From NCBI GenBank assembly GCA_043228905.1, contig JBHGNT010000004.1:23746001-23810000 (forward strand): DNA of 64,000 bases, given 5' to 3'. The notes beneath the pieces were generated by a model that saw only the letters and a program-made list of their open reading frames with translations, made no database searches and was not told the DNA's origin. Position numbers and translations under genes: made by a program. This document shows, piece after piece, positions 37,040-48,198 of the stretch (its first letter is position 1; every line of letters starts with the position of its first letter). This DNA comes from Azolla caroliniana (lineage: Eukaryota > Plantae > Polypodiophyta).

Positions 37040-37280
37040 ATCTGCTCTCTTTTTGATTCTCGAAAGCACTCACTTGTCCCGTCCCGTTTGGTTTTTAATC
37101 TCCATAGCCATACCCAATAGGTCTGGAGTTTAATCTGCCGACTCCGTATCTAACCCCTATCCTTCGTATATGCTCTCCTTTTGATTCTCGAAAGGACTCA
37201 CTTGTCCCGTTCCGTTCACCACATAGCCATATCCAATTGGTTGGGAGTTTGATCTACCGAATCGGTATATAACCCCTGGT
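37040..37280. repeat. Tandem duplication (~128-bp period) upstream of the kinase
   Basis: TGCTCTC..TTTTGATTCTCGAAAG.ACTCACTTGTCCCGT..CATAGCCATA.CCAAT.GGT..GGAGTTT.ATCT.CCGA twice. Confidence 0.8.
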
Positions 37281-39027
37281 CTCACTCACTCGCTCCGATC
37301 AAATCATGACGCGTGGATCGAAGAGTTGCCTTTTAATGCCTATTGCCCATCCGCTAAAAAGACACGTGACCCTTGTCATGTCGACAAACATTAGAGTCTT
37401 GAATGGGCGGCCTTTTCAATCGTACTGTTACATGTCGATGCTCACGACTAAACTTTTGAAATTGCAAATCAACACATGGGTTTTTAGTCGTATTCATCCC
37501 TAGGATTTCGCTATCATCGTATCTCAGTGGATTCGGTCTTCGCATATGGGAGATGCCATGTTGTTTTCTATTATACTTCTAAGAATATTGGATCTTATGA
37601 ATTCGTAGCGTAAGAAAACACTTATATTACACTTTGTGACGCTTACAACTATTTCGCTTTATTAACAAAGATGATGTCATCAATAAATACATTAGGGATC
37701 CCTAGATTCGTCTAGATATTTTGGTAACTTATATTGCATCTTGTTGGGCAAGGACACAATGATCATTTTTATTTGAGCTAGAACAAACTACGATTATGTC
37801 AATCAGGGTCACCATTGTATTCTTTTGCCACCTCTATCATAGTCATCATCTACATAAGTCCCATGATTAACATGTACATTTGTCTTATTCGAAGGAGATT
37901 AACAAGTAATAAAGGCGACTACTTGTTGAGAATGAATCTCAACCATTGGTCAATTGATGCTTTTAAAGATCAAACCATTCAAGTATATGAGTTTATTGCA
38001 TTGTCACTAACTATAATTTTGATGGAAAACTTTAATCACAAGACCGCACATTAGCAACCATTACTTCATTAATAGTTGATTTGGTAATATATAGGAAATG
38101 CCGATGACTAGAAATTTCCATCGGCGTGCCACAAGGGATTCTCTATGATAATATATAAGAAATACCTTAAGCCCTCATCAACCTCTAGAAAACCGCCGTA
38201 TATATTAGTCCTTGTATAACCCCTATATATGCCTATACAAAATTCTATGACCATGACACCCCTTTTCTCTCTTCTTTTATTATAACTACATAACTTAGAA
38301 CATGGAAATTGAAAACCATACTTCAATTGGATACGTTCTTCTCTAGTAGGGAAATTCTAATGGTTAACAAAACCATGGGGAGTTTTTTCCACAAAATGGT
38401 GAGCTTCTCAAACATGATGGAGTGCTGAAAAATGTGCCTTTTTGGAGGGGATATTTTGAAATGGTAGTATGAGCAAGACAATTGAGAATTGTCCAATACT
38501 TCTTAGTAGACAAATCCAAATTTGGGACCCATTCATAATTATTCATCGTTAAAAGTTAATAAGCACAATTCTTGTCATTGTGTGTGAACAAGCATATGGT
38601 GGGGCCTATGTATGACTAAGAATTGTCCAATATTTCTTAGGCAACAACCCCAAATTAGGGACCCATTTGCAATTATCCATTGTTGAGATAACACGCTCGA
38701 CCGTTCACATTGTTAGTCAACACACGTATGGTGGAGCACATATGTGCACCAAATATTAGCTCCCTCATCATATCTTTCGTCATAAGAATGTAACCACCCT
38801 TGTCATATCTATAGAGAATAATTGTTGTATTAAATGTGAAGGATATTCATACCACCCATTCGCATCATGCAAAATAGTGAGAAGGTGAACTATACAAACG
38901 AAGCCACCTTTTTATACATTGTGTTGATTAGTGTTGATTTTAGTCGATAATGTCTATCACTATTATTTGTTTAAGAATACTTTTAACATTGCAATCTCCT
39001 CTCTCTGTCTCTCTCTTTTTCTTCTTA

Positions 39028-40113
39028 AATAGCTTACCCTAGTGGTAAGTTGTTATATTTTCCCATCACAATCTCCTCTATCTCAGTTTTTTTTTTGGTA
39101 TTAGTGGTAAATTGTTTTAACACTAGGTATTGAGTTCGAAACCTATTTTTCTCACCTCTCTATTACTGCATAGATATCTCTTAATTTACTAGAGGCCACT
39201 GTGGAATGTAGGGGTTTGAACCCATGACGTTCTGGCCTCCATTGGACAACCCTCTCTCTCGTAAGTTGTTTTAATACTAGGTATTGAGTTCGAAACCTAT
39301 TTTTCTCACCTCTCTATTACTGCATAGATATCTCTTAATTTACTAGATGCCATTGTGGAATGTAGGGGTTGAACCAATGACGTTCTCTTAATTTACTAGA
39401 GGCCATTGTGGAATGTAGGGGTTGAACCCATGACGTTCTGGCCTCCATTGGACAACCCTCTCTCTCGTAAATTGTTTTAATACTAGGTATTGAGTTCGAA
39501 ACCTATTTTTCTCACCTCTCTATTACTGCATAAATATCTCTTAATTTACTAGATGCCATTGTGGAATGTAGGGGTTGAACCAATGACGTTCTGGCCTCCA
39601 TTGGACAACTCACTCACTCACTCACTCACTCACTCTTCTTTTCTTGTAAGTAACTTACCTTAGTGGTAAGTTGTTAACACTACAAGTACTGCATCGTGGG
39701 TTCGAAGCCCAATCTCCTCGCCTCTCTATTATATACTTCATATACTCTTATATTAATTCACTAGATGCCACTGTGGAATGTAGGGGTTGAAGCCATGGCT
39801 ACATCCATTTGGGCCTCTCTCTCTCTCTCTCTTAATTAGCTTACCCTAGTGGTAAGTTGTTGTACTCCAAGCACTACATCTTGGTTTCAAAACCCAATTT
39901 TCTCACCTCTCTATTATATACTCCACACATATCTCTTAATTCACTAGATGCCACTATGACTGTAGGGGTTGAACCCATGACCTCATGGTCTCCATTGGGC
40001 AACCAATTTTCTCACCTCTCTATTATATACTCCATACATATCTTTTAATTCACTAGATGCCGCTATGGAATGTAGGGGTTGAACCCATGACCTTGCCAAC
40101 TGAGCTACATCCA
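39028..40113. repeat. Tandem array (~154-bp basic unit, 6-8 full or partial units) of tRNA-derived/SINE-like modules in convergent orientation
   Basis: + strand TAGTGGTAAG..G(A/G)TTCGAA(A/G)CC (A/B-box-like). - strand GGATGTAGCTCAGTTGG..GGTCATGGGTTCAACCCCTACATTCC (best copy 40067-40112). Confidence 0.7.
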
Positions 40114-40449
40114 TCTACTCTCTCTCTCTCTCTCCACACATAACTATTAACGCATGACCCATATCACATAGCACATAACATGTACATCACACCTCATAAC
40201 ACATATCTCATACCTCATAAGACATAAGACAAAGACATGACACATCGCAAATCACACATAGCACATAAAACATAAAACTCATATTATTGAATTTATTTCA
40301 CCACATTTATGCACTCTATTACAGATATATTGCATTCCCTAGTTCTTGACATGGATAGATCACTTTATCGCAACAAAAAACCTATCATTATGAAACACTA
40401 TCTTATGCGAATGGAAGTTTGGACTAAACCACCATCGAAGAGATATTGT

Positions 40450-41250
40450 CCATTCACCTCAAGTTTTCGGGAAGAGCTCTTTCATTCTCAATTGAAGAAA
40501 CATCTTCCATGGCTCATTTCCTGGCAGTAATCCTCGCACTATATATTTTGCCAATAATGCCTTACATTGCATCAGAGGATCTACCAAACCTAAACTCCCT
40601 TGAGAAGTCAACACTATAATAGTTTTCCAAGCTACCCTTGGTCTAACATACTTAAAATAAGTAGAACCCCATAAGAAATTCCTTTAAATTAACCTCTTTC
40701 ATTCACCGAGTTTTCGGGAAGACCTCTTTCATTCTCAATTGAAGAAGCATCTTCAACGACTCATTTCTTGGCAGTAATTTCTGCACTATAGATTTTGCCA
40801 ATAATGCCTAACCTTACATTGCATCAGAGGATCTACCAAGCCTAAACCCCCTTGAGGAGTTGACTTTATAATAGTTTTCCAAGCTACCTTTGGTTTAACA
40901 TACTTAAAATTAGTAGAAACTCATAATAAATTCCTAATCAACCTTTGTAACTTTGACAACAAAGATTTGGAAAATAACCAAGATGATAGAATATACCACA
41001 TTGAGGAGAGTAAGAGTCTATGATTAGAAATAACTAGCCTCCCCGCAAGTGACAAATTCCTAGAACTCCAAAAGATTAGCTTCTTCGTCAAAGAAAGCAG
41101 TAATGGTTGGATATGGGCTTCTGGGGGAATATTAATTCCCACTTGACACTCTAAATATCTCACCGGAGTGCCCTTTGGTATCCAGTGAGATCCAACATCT
41201 GGACACCAAGTAGGAATAAGACCTTCCCCAACCCAAAAGCCCACTATTCA
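40450..41250 (-). mobile_element. Degenerate L1 LINE ORF2 fragment (post-RT region) with a ~250-bp tandem duplication
   Basis: LSLAGRLVISN..MWY..W..LQRLIRNL; RNFLWG..RVAWKTI..LGLVDPLMQCKALLAK..LLPGNEPWK block present at ~40450-40683 and ~40698-40935. Confidence 0.8.
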
Positions 41251-41560
41251 ATATGGTTATTCATCAACCTAGCCTGGTCATGGCTTGGGCGTTATTCTTG
41301 ACGTTGTCGCTCAAGAAGAATTGCAAGGTCATATAGAGCAATACGGTTATTCTTGACATGGATAGATCAATATGGTTATTCATCAACATAACCTCGTCAT
41401 GGCTTGGGCGTTATTCTTGACGTTGTCGCTTAAGAAGAATTGCAAGGTCATATAGATCAATACGGTTATTCTTGACATGGATAGATCAATATGGTTATTC
41501 ATCAACATAACCTCGTCATGGCTTGGGCATTATTCTTGATGTTGTCGCTCAAGAAGAACT
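41249..41560. repeat. 119-bp tandem repeat, about 2.6 copies
   Basis: CAATATGGTTATTCATCAAC..GTCATGGCTTGGGC.TTATTCTTGA.GTTGTCGCT.AAGAAGAA at 41249, 41368 and 41487. Confidence 0.9.
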
Positions 41561-41849
41561 TACTCAACTGAGTCATATAGGTTGGGGTGTTTGACAATTC
41601 TTATTGTAATGGCTAAATAGCACATACATAGGAGAAATCCACCAAATTTTAGGGTTGTGAAGATCAAAGGAAGATGAGAAGAAGGAGAAAGCCACCACCA
41701 ATAACGTGAATATGCAAATGGGTAGCTTTCTTTTGAGTGAAAATCTTGATAGAAGCAACTTCAGAAATTGGAAGTAAAACATGAGACAATTCCTTGTTGA
41801 ACAAGGATGTTGGGGTTCTCATTGCCACCAAACCTGACTTGACCCATAC

Positions 41850-42200
41850 GAATTACATGAGATGCAAACAAGGTGCAAATCGTATCATGTATTGTCTTTC
41901 GACATGCACACACAACCATATGCTAGACCATGTACAAGTCATGAAGATGTCGAAGGATGCATGGACAAACTTAAAGGATATCTATGTTACAAAGTCAACT
42001 ACTCATCAACTTCAACTTTGACAAGAATTGAATGACATTCAATAAAAGGGATATATCCGCTAACCATACTCTTAAAAGCAAGTCTTTGTGATACTTGTCT
42101 CCATTGACATGTGAGTTGATGAGGAAGTGATGTTATGAGTGTGAAGCCATTGGGTTCACCTTATAAGTCATCAAGAACATTCGTCTAGAGTCTTCATGCT
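41850..42200 (+). mobile_element. Degenerate copia gag remnant
   Basis: IMYCLSTCTHNHMLDHVQ..SKDAWTNLKDIYVTKSTTHQLQL*QELNDIQ resembles Retrotran_gag_2/UBN2. Confidence 0.6.
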
Positions 42201-44633
42201 TGGAGTTGGCAAATTGCTAATCATTGATGGCATCACACTTTTCCTTGCGGCATTTCTCCTCAATGTGTCTAGGATTGCAACAATACAAAATTTCTACTTT
42301 TCTTTCAGTAGTTTGCTTTGTCATTCAAAGTTTCATCTTTTTTCGTTTTGTAAGTATATTTCTCCACAATTATGTTGTTCTTTATTTGATCTTCTTCCTA
42401 TTCCATGGCCACATGAAGTATAGTCTCGGTATGTGTAGAGTATTTGGCTTATAGAGAGTGTACTCTTTGAGTCAAGATAGTTTTCTTCTGCCAACAACAT
42501 TGATTAGGGTTCACGATAATAGTTCTTAATGAAAAATACATGAAAGAGATCATAATGAATAAGAAATGGGAGCTACATTTATGCAAGAGACACTAATGAT
42601 ATATTATGTCTTCAAATTAAGAAAAATCTATTATATGAGAATTTTTACGTAGCTATATTTTCCTATGGACATTTCAATCTAACCCGTGTCTTTATTTTCT
42701 TTTCAAGTAGCCATTGAAAGAGTGCTTGGGCATATCTGTTAGATTGTATAAATTTTAAGTTGTTCCTTGTGTAATCATATCAACAATTATAAGGGTAAAT
42801 ACATCTTTGTGGTGTGATGCATTGGATGTATGGGGAAAAACATTACTTCGGCTAATAAATAGCCTTATGAAACCATGGAGTGGCATACCCATTGATATTT
42901 CACTCAATTCATCACATAACATAGCTAGGTATATGCATGGCAATGTCTTCCCCGAATTTGTATCCTAGGTATTTGACTACAAATGGTCGTTTCTCATTCA
43001 CTTATGTGGATGCAAATATGAATGACAAGAAGAAAAGGTCAATTGTTTGCAACACTTAGCGTGATCTTTCTTACTTGACCTTAAATTACTCAATGTTTTA
43101 TACCAAGATCAAGTACTCATATTATAGTCAATCATACATGGCATGTCCTATGGTTCCATCATGTGTATCAAACCCATATTATCTTTATTGAAAGATCACG
43201 TGCACTTATGTTGCAATCATCAAAATATTGATTTTCTTTGACATCACCTTGAAATTCTTGCACATCATCATTGTCTTAATTGATAATATATCAAATCCAC
43301 ATTGACAACAACTTGGAATTTTCTTAGTTGTCAAGTTTCAATTTCTGACCTTTAGATCAAGAGTTTGAATGTGGGGATCCATACCATTGTAATTGGCAAC
43401 CCCAATATAATGTGTAGTGCAAGTTTACCTACTTTAATATTTAATTGAAGTTTGGTAGTGTGTTTCCTACTTGTTACATATTCTATATTCTTTGTTGTTA
43501 GGAAAGTCTTGTCCACCTAGAGCTTGGGATCAAAAGGGAGTGTCCAACCCCTATATAAAGCTCTTCCTTAGTGTACGATGGAACATAGATCATAGCATAT
43601 GTATATAGCCTTACATGTGGGAATGGTGTAGCATGCAAGGGCTATAATGTCATGTAAGGTCTCAAGTAGCTGTAAGTGCAACTTTTTTTTGTAACTAACT
43701 ATAAGTGTAGCTTTTCATATTGATGTAAGGCATCTCATATCATGAAGAAGATTGTTTTTGGAAATTGCATACTCTTTTCTTTATTGGCTTCCCCTCCATC
43801 CATGTTATTGGCATCATGTCCTCTACTTCACCCAAATTAACAATACACTAGATTGTTTATACACGTTCAACACTAGAAGAAGATAAAACCATGATTGTTT
43901 ACATAAAAGGGCTCACTAACAAACATCATTGACTATACCTAAAACATCACTATATAAGCACAAACATGTGAATAAATAATAGAGGTTTTGACATTTCCTT
44001 GTGAAAAGTACATACTTGCTATTGGAAAATGTCTACACTTGAGATCATGACACATATATAATGCATGATGTAATTCATAACACGTATGCAACTTTTAGTT
44101 TAAACGTGTTATCTGTATCTATAACCTATGCGTATATGAAAAATTTGCTTTTCACTTATTGAAAATGACACATGCATCCTAAATGGTTAGATACTTAGTA
44201 CACGATTGTTATTGTTTCATTGGTACAGATTCTCGTCACTATTGATTGATATGTTTATTTTTCTAATAGCATCATTGTTGACACACTTGTTTTGTATGCA
44301 ACAATTGTCTCATGTTTTACATATAGTGCAAGACAATATATGACCACCAATGCAATTCTTTTCTTAAAGCTACTGTACATGTAGCTTGAAGGTAGGCTAT
44401 ATTTATACCTATAAAGTAAAACCAGAATTCGAATTGCGTATTATTGAATGAAGCATAAGGTGGTTTATAATCTATCTAGCCATTGGAGAAATGAATGTAA
44501 TAATTCTTTCAAGCATTTAATAAGCAGTAATGTGCCAACATCCATATTCCACATTTTCGATCTAAATAAGTTTTTTTTGGAAGTAGCTTGTATATCAATT
44601 GTTATTAGAAAATCACAAGTTTAGCCATGTTAC

Positions 44634-45370
44634 TTTTTCTTATTTTCTTCCAAAAACAAAACTCCTTCCATTAGTTATAAAATTTTATACGTGAGAATGT
44701 TAAATACAAATCCCAAATGGGACCCGATAGTTCCATCTTATATGGAGGCTCGCCCATTGACTCAAGAAAGGGAGAGGATGGCCATTGTTGGATGAAGGCT
44801 AATCAATGTTTTTCGGCTCCATTGGATCTTTCTGTAATGATATCATATTGGCTCTTTAGCTTGGCTACAATGTCACTCCATATCTCCTTCAATACCGTTG
44901 CTTGGCACACTGTTTGATTGGACAAGATCCGCCTATAGCACTACTTCCAAAGAGTCCATAATGTTATTGGGCTAACTGATTCCAACACGACTTGAGCTTT
45001 GGTATTGATTGAAGTTGAGTGAATAGAGCATTGGAATTGTTTCCTACTTGAGCCCAAAAGAGTACTATTGCCCACATACACCCATAAGAAATGACAAGAG
45101 CAAAACGTATAACAAATATATGGTTTGCCTTGAAAGATTTATTAACCAAAGGAAAGTTTATTGTGCTTTCCCTTTCTTGCATAGGTGGGTGTCAGTTTTG
45201 ACGTTGCTTGCCTTCATTTATAGTGAGAATTATCTATCAATATTAGTGTCAGAGCATCAAAACAATAGTTCAAAGGTCCCATCATCCTTCTTCAATATAG
45301 GTATAGCCAGCCGTTGAGAAACGCTATCTATCAAGGATGCATGGAGGGGCCTACACTAGGCAATTGATGC
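44634..45370 (-). mobile_element. 5'-truncated LINE 3' portion, same family as 10626-10880
   Basis: ITLWTLWK..RRILSNQTVCQATVLKEIWSDIVAKLKSQYD; shared 3' motif ACTAATGGAAGGAG; degenerate T-rich tail. 5' boundary approximate. Confidence 0.75.
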
Positions 45371-45844
45371 AAGGTGTATGATCTAGATCTTGAGCTCACA
45401 TGTCTCGTGATTGAGTGCACACCATATCAATTATGCTAAAATCTTGTTATATTTAAAGTGCACAAAAAAGGTAGCAGTTTTTGGTAATTTTTTTGATTAT
45501 GTTCTAGAGAAAGTCACGCATACTTGGTTTACAAGATCCCAATATGAACAAGCTACTGGAGCAATTATTATGAGCTCTACAAATGTAGACTATACCCTAT
45601 GTTGAATAAGGGAGAATAATGAATGTGTCAAGCTACCACTCTTTATGATTTGTAGTTTATCAATGTACTTTTGCTCAAGTAATCAACGAGAGGTTAAAAT
45701 GAAGTGCAATATAATGATTTTCTAAATTAATAAAGAGTGTGATAGGTTAATTAGATGATGATATTGCATTAAATACAATAATGTGTTATGTCATGACTCA
45801 TACCTCCTTTATAAGTGTAGAGAGATTGGGCATACTATTATGTT

Positions 45845-45976
45845 TTCCCTTTACACTATATCAAGACCTCAAGGTCAATCATGATTTGGGCATTGGATGG
45901 TAATATTTGTTTTGTGTACTTCCCTTTACACTATATCAAGACCTCAAGGTCAATCATGATTTGGGCATTGGATGGT
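45845..45976. repeat. Exact 57-bp duplication with 75-bp period
   Basis: TTCCCTTTACACTATATCAAGACCTCAAGGTCAATCATGATTTGGGCATTGGATGGT at 45845 and 45920. Confidence 0.9.
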
Positions 45977-47631
45977 TGTAACTTGGGAAATCGAAGCATA
46001 TTATGCTTCATCCATTCTCAAACCCTTTTCTCCATCAAAATAATAATTGTGTGATCCAAAAACATGTAGTTTGAGATGTGTTGCGCGCCGCACATTGTCC
46101 AAGCACACAATGATGATTGATGATTGTTCATATTAGGAAGATCATAGAAGATCTATAGTGCCCGCAAATGAAATATTAATTCCCATTGTTAAAACATTAT
46201 GCTTTCTTGACATAACTTATTACTAGGCAAATTACTACAACTCAACACCCATTAATTTAGAATTCCAAACATCAATTAGTGCAATTAACATTTTTTATTA
46301 GACCCAATTTCCAACAACATATAGGATTTAATTGGCATGTAATACATCAAGAGAAAAGTGAAAAAAATGATTAATTCCTTAAAGCAAAACTAAGGCCTTG
46401 ATGGAAATTTGAAGCAAAGTCATATCCCTTGGGAAGGTCTATGTGTATATATGCGAAGGAGTCGGGTGTATTTTTTCATGTTTTATAGTATATTGTATGC
46501 CATATAATGATAGTGTCATGAACGTTGTTACTTTGTGATATACAATGTAATCTATTAAATAATACGAGCTCATGAAACTACAATGTGCTCGACATCCTCA
46601 TGGATTGTGAGACAACAAAAGCCAATAAAGGATTATGAGACTCCTAAACTCGATAAGGGTGATACGATGATGTGGACGAGGGATATGATAGCTCCCAATT
46701 TGGAGGTGGGAAGCAATCTCTTAATATTCACAAGCTATGCACTCGGTAGAATGTACAAAAGCTATATGGCTTTTTCCACGGAGGTTTGTATGCATAGCTA
46801 GAAAGAGCAAACCTTCTGGATGGTGGGATAGTGGAAGCTGTAAATGGTGCCATTGCCATCAGGAACTCCTCGATGGCATCACGCTGTCGTGAAGAATTTC
46901 GGCCAGAGGCGGAAACCGGGAAATATTGGCTACATCGGTGGGGTGCAACATGTGTGCTCACCCTTGTACATTTAGTGTGAATAACGAGGGCGCCTTTATG
47001 GTGCCGAAGAGTAATCAAGTCGGGACAAGAATCCCATGTAATAAGGGATTTATCCCACGATGCTACAGATTCCTCTCCTTGTTCTATAAAAGGAAGGGAG
47101 TGCCCTTGGTGAAGGGGTTGCCCATTTTTGGAAGTAGGGTATACCGTTAGAGGAAGAAACGTTCTCTCTTCCTCTTTCTTTTCTCTGGTTTAGGGTTTCT
47201 TCTTGTTCTCCTCTGCTTCTTCTTCGTCGTTCTGTGTGTCGAGCCTTGACATCTAGTGTTTCTGTTTTCTGCCCTGTTCTCTATGCAAGACCCCACTCGG
47301 CGCGACAAGCCCGAGAGCTCCCCGACCGGCAGCTTGGCAGTAGACAACAATTGTATCCTATGCTACCTAGGTTCGGCTCGAAGTCGGTGTTGAATCTCGT
47401 TGTCTTGTAAATACATATACATTTGGTTGTGCATATTCGTGTATCTGTCGGTGCTGTGTGTGTGTGTGTGAGTCAATGTTGCGTGCTTGTTCTCTCTCTC
47501 TCTCTCTCCCTTCGGTTGCTTCCGGTGTGCTTCTGGGATGCCCCGGAAATGGTGAATCACGACTTCCTACGCTCTGTCACTCCCTAGTCCAAGTCCCCCG
47601 TGGTCCCGCCTGGAATTCTACACGTACCCGC

Positions 47632-48158
47632 TGTCACGTTGTTACACGCTTGCGTGTAGAAGGGGCGGGACCACCGGGGTCTCGGACTAGGGAGTAGAGG
47701 AGAAAGAATAGGACATGATATGGAGGCTTCGCTCAAGAGGAGAAGAGGAAAGAATAAGACCACGACATAGAAGGAGAGATCGGCGGAGGCAAGATGTTCA
47801 ACAAGTGATATTAAAACAACGAATGGTTACAACAATGGTGGCCGCCATGGCCGCACCAAATGATTATATGAAAAACCCTAAAGGAAAACCCAAGAAGAAA
47901 ACCTTAACCGAAACCCTAAAACCGAATAGGAAACCCTAGACCTAAGTGGTATGCCTCTCTCCCTCAAAATAGGCAACCCCTCATAAGTGACCCCTCCCTT
48001 CCTTTTATAGCCTAAGGAAGGGGGGACCTTACAATGTGGGATAAAATTCCCCTCTTCCTTCTACACACAATTTCCTAGTATACACGTGCACATGTTGCAC
48101 ACCACCGTTTTGCCCATTCCACCTCGATTTCACACTATAGCCGGAAATCTTCACGACA
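47632..48158 (-). mobile_element. Solo LTR B (527 bp), same lineage, inserted antisense near the 3' end of LTR A
   Basis: Minus-strand termini TGTCGTGAAGA...CGTGACA; near-TSD CCGC (47628-47631)/CCGT (48159-48162); shares CTATAAAAGGAAGGGAG and CTCCCTAGTCC..GTGGTCCCGCC with LTR A in inverted orientation. Confidence 0.82.
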
Positions 48159-48180
48159 CCGTGAAACTTCGCGACATCTT

Positions 48181-48198
48181 TAGTGAACCCGACGTGAA
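48181..48198 (+). promoter_or_regulatory. Primer binding site complementary to the tRNA-Trp(CCA) 3' end
   Basis: TAGTGAACCCGACGTGAA vs TGGTGAACCCGACGTGAA expected from the plant tRNA-Trp 3' end as I recall it (..TTCACGTCGGGTTCACCA); 4 nt after the LTR end. Confidence 0.82.

Noticed and set aside
39028-40113. Functional tRNA gene cluster
   Set aside because: No unit has a complete cloverleaf with an anticodon arm; reported as a tRNA-derived repeat instead.
43533-43830. AAAGGGAG|TGT with a TATA-like motif, possible decayed LTR
   Set aside because: No partner LTR, defined end or TSD.
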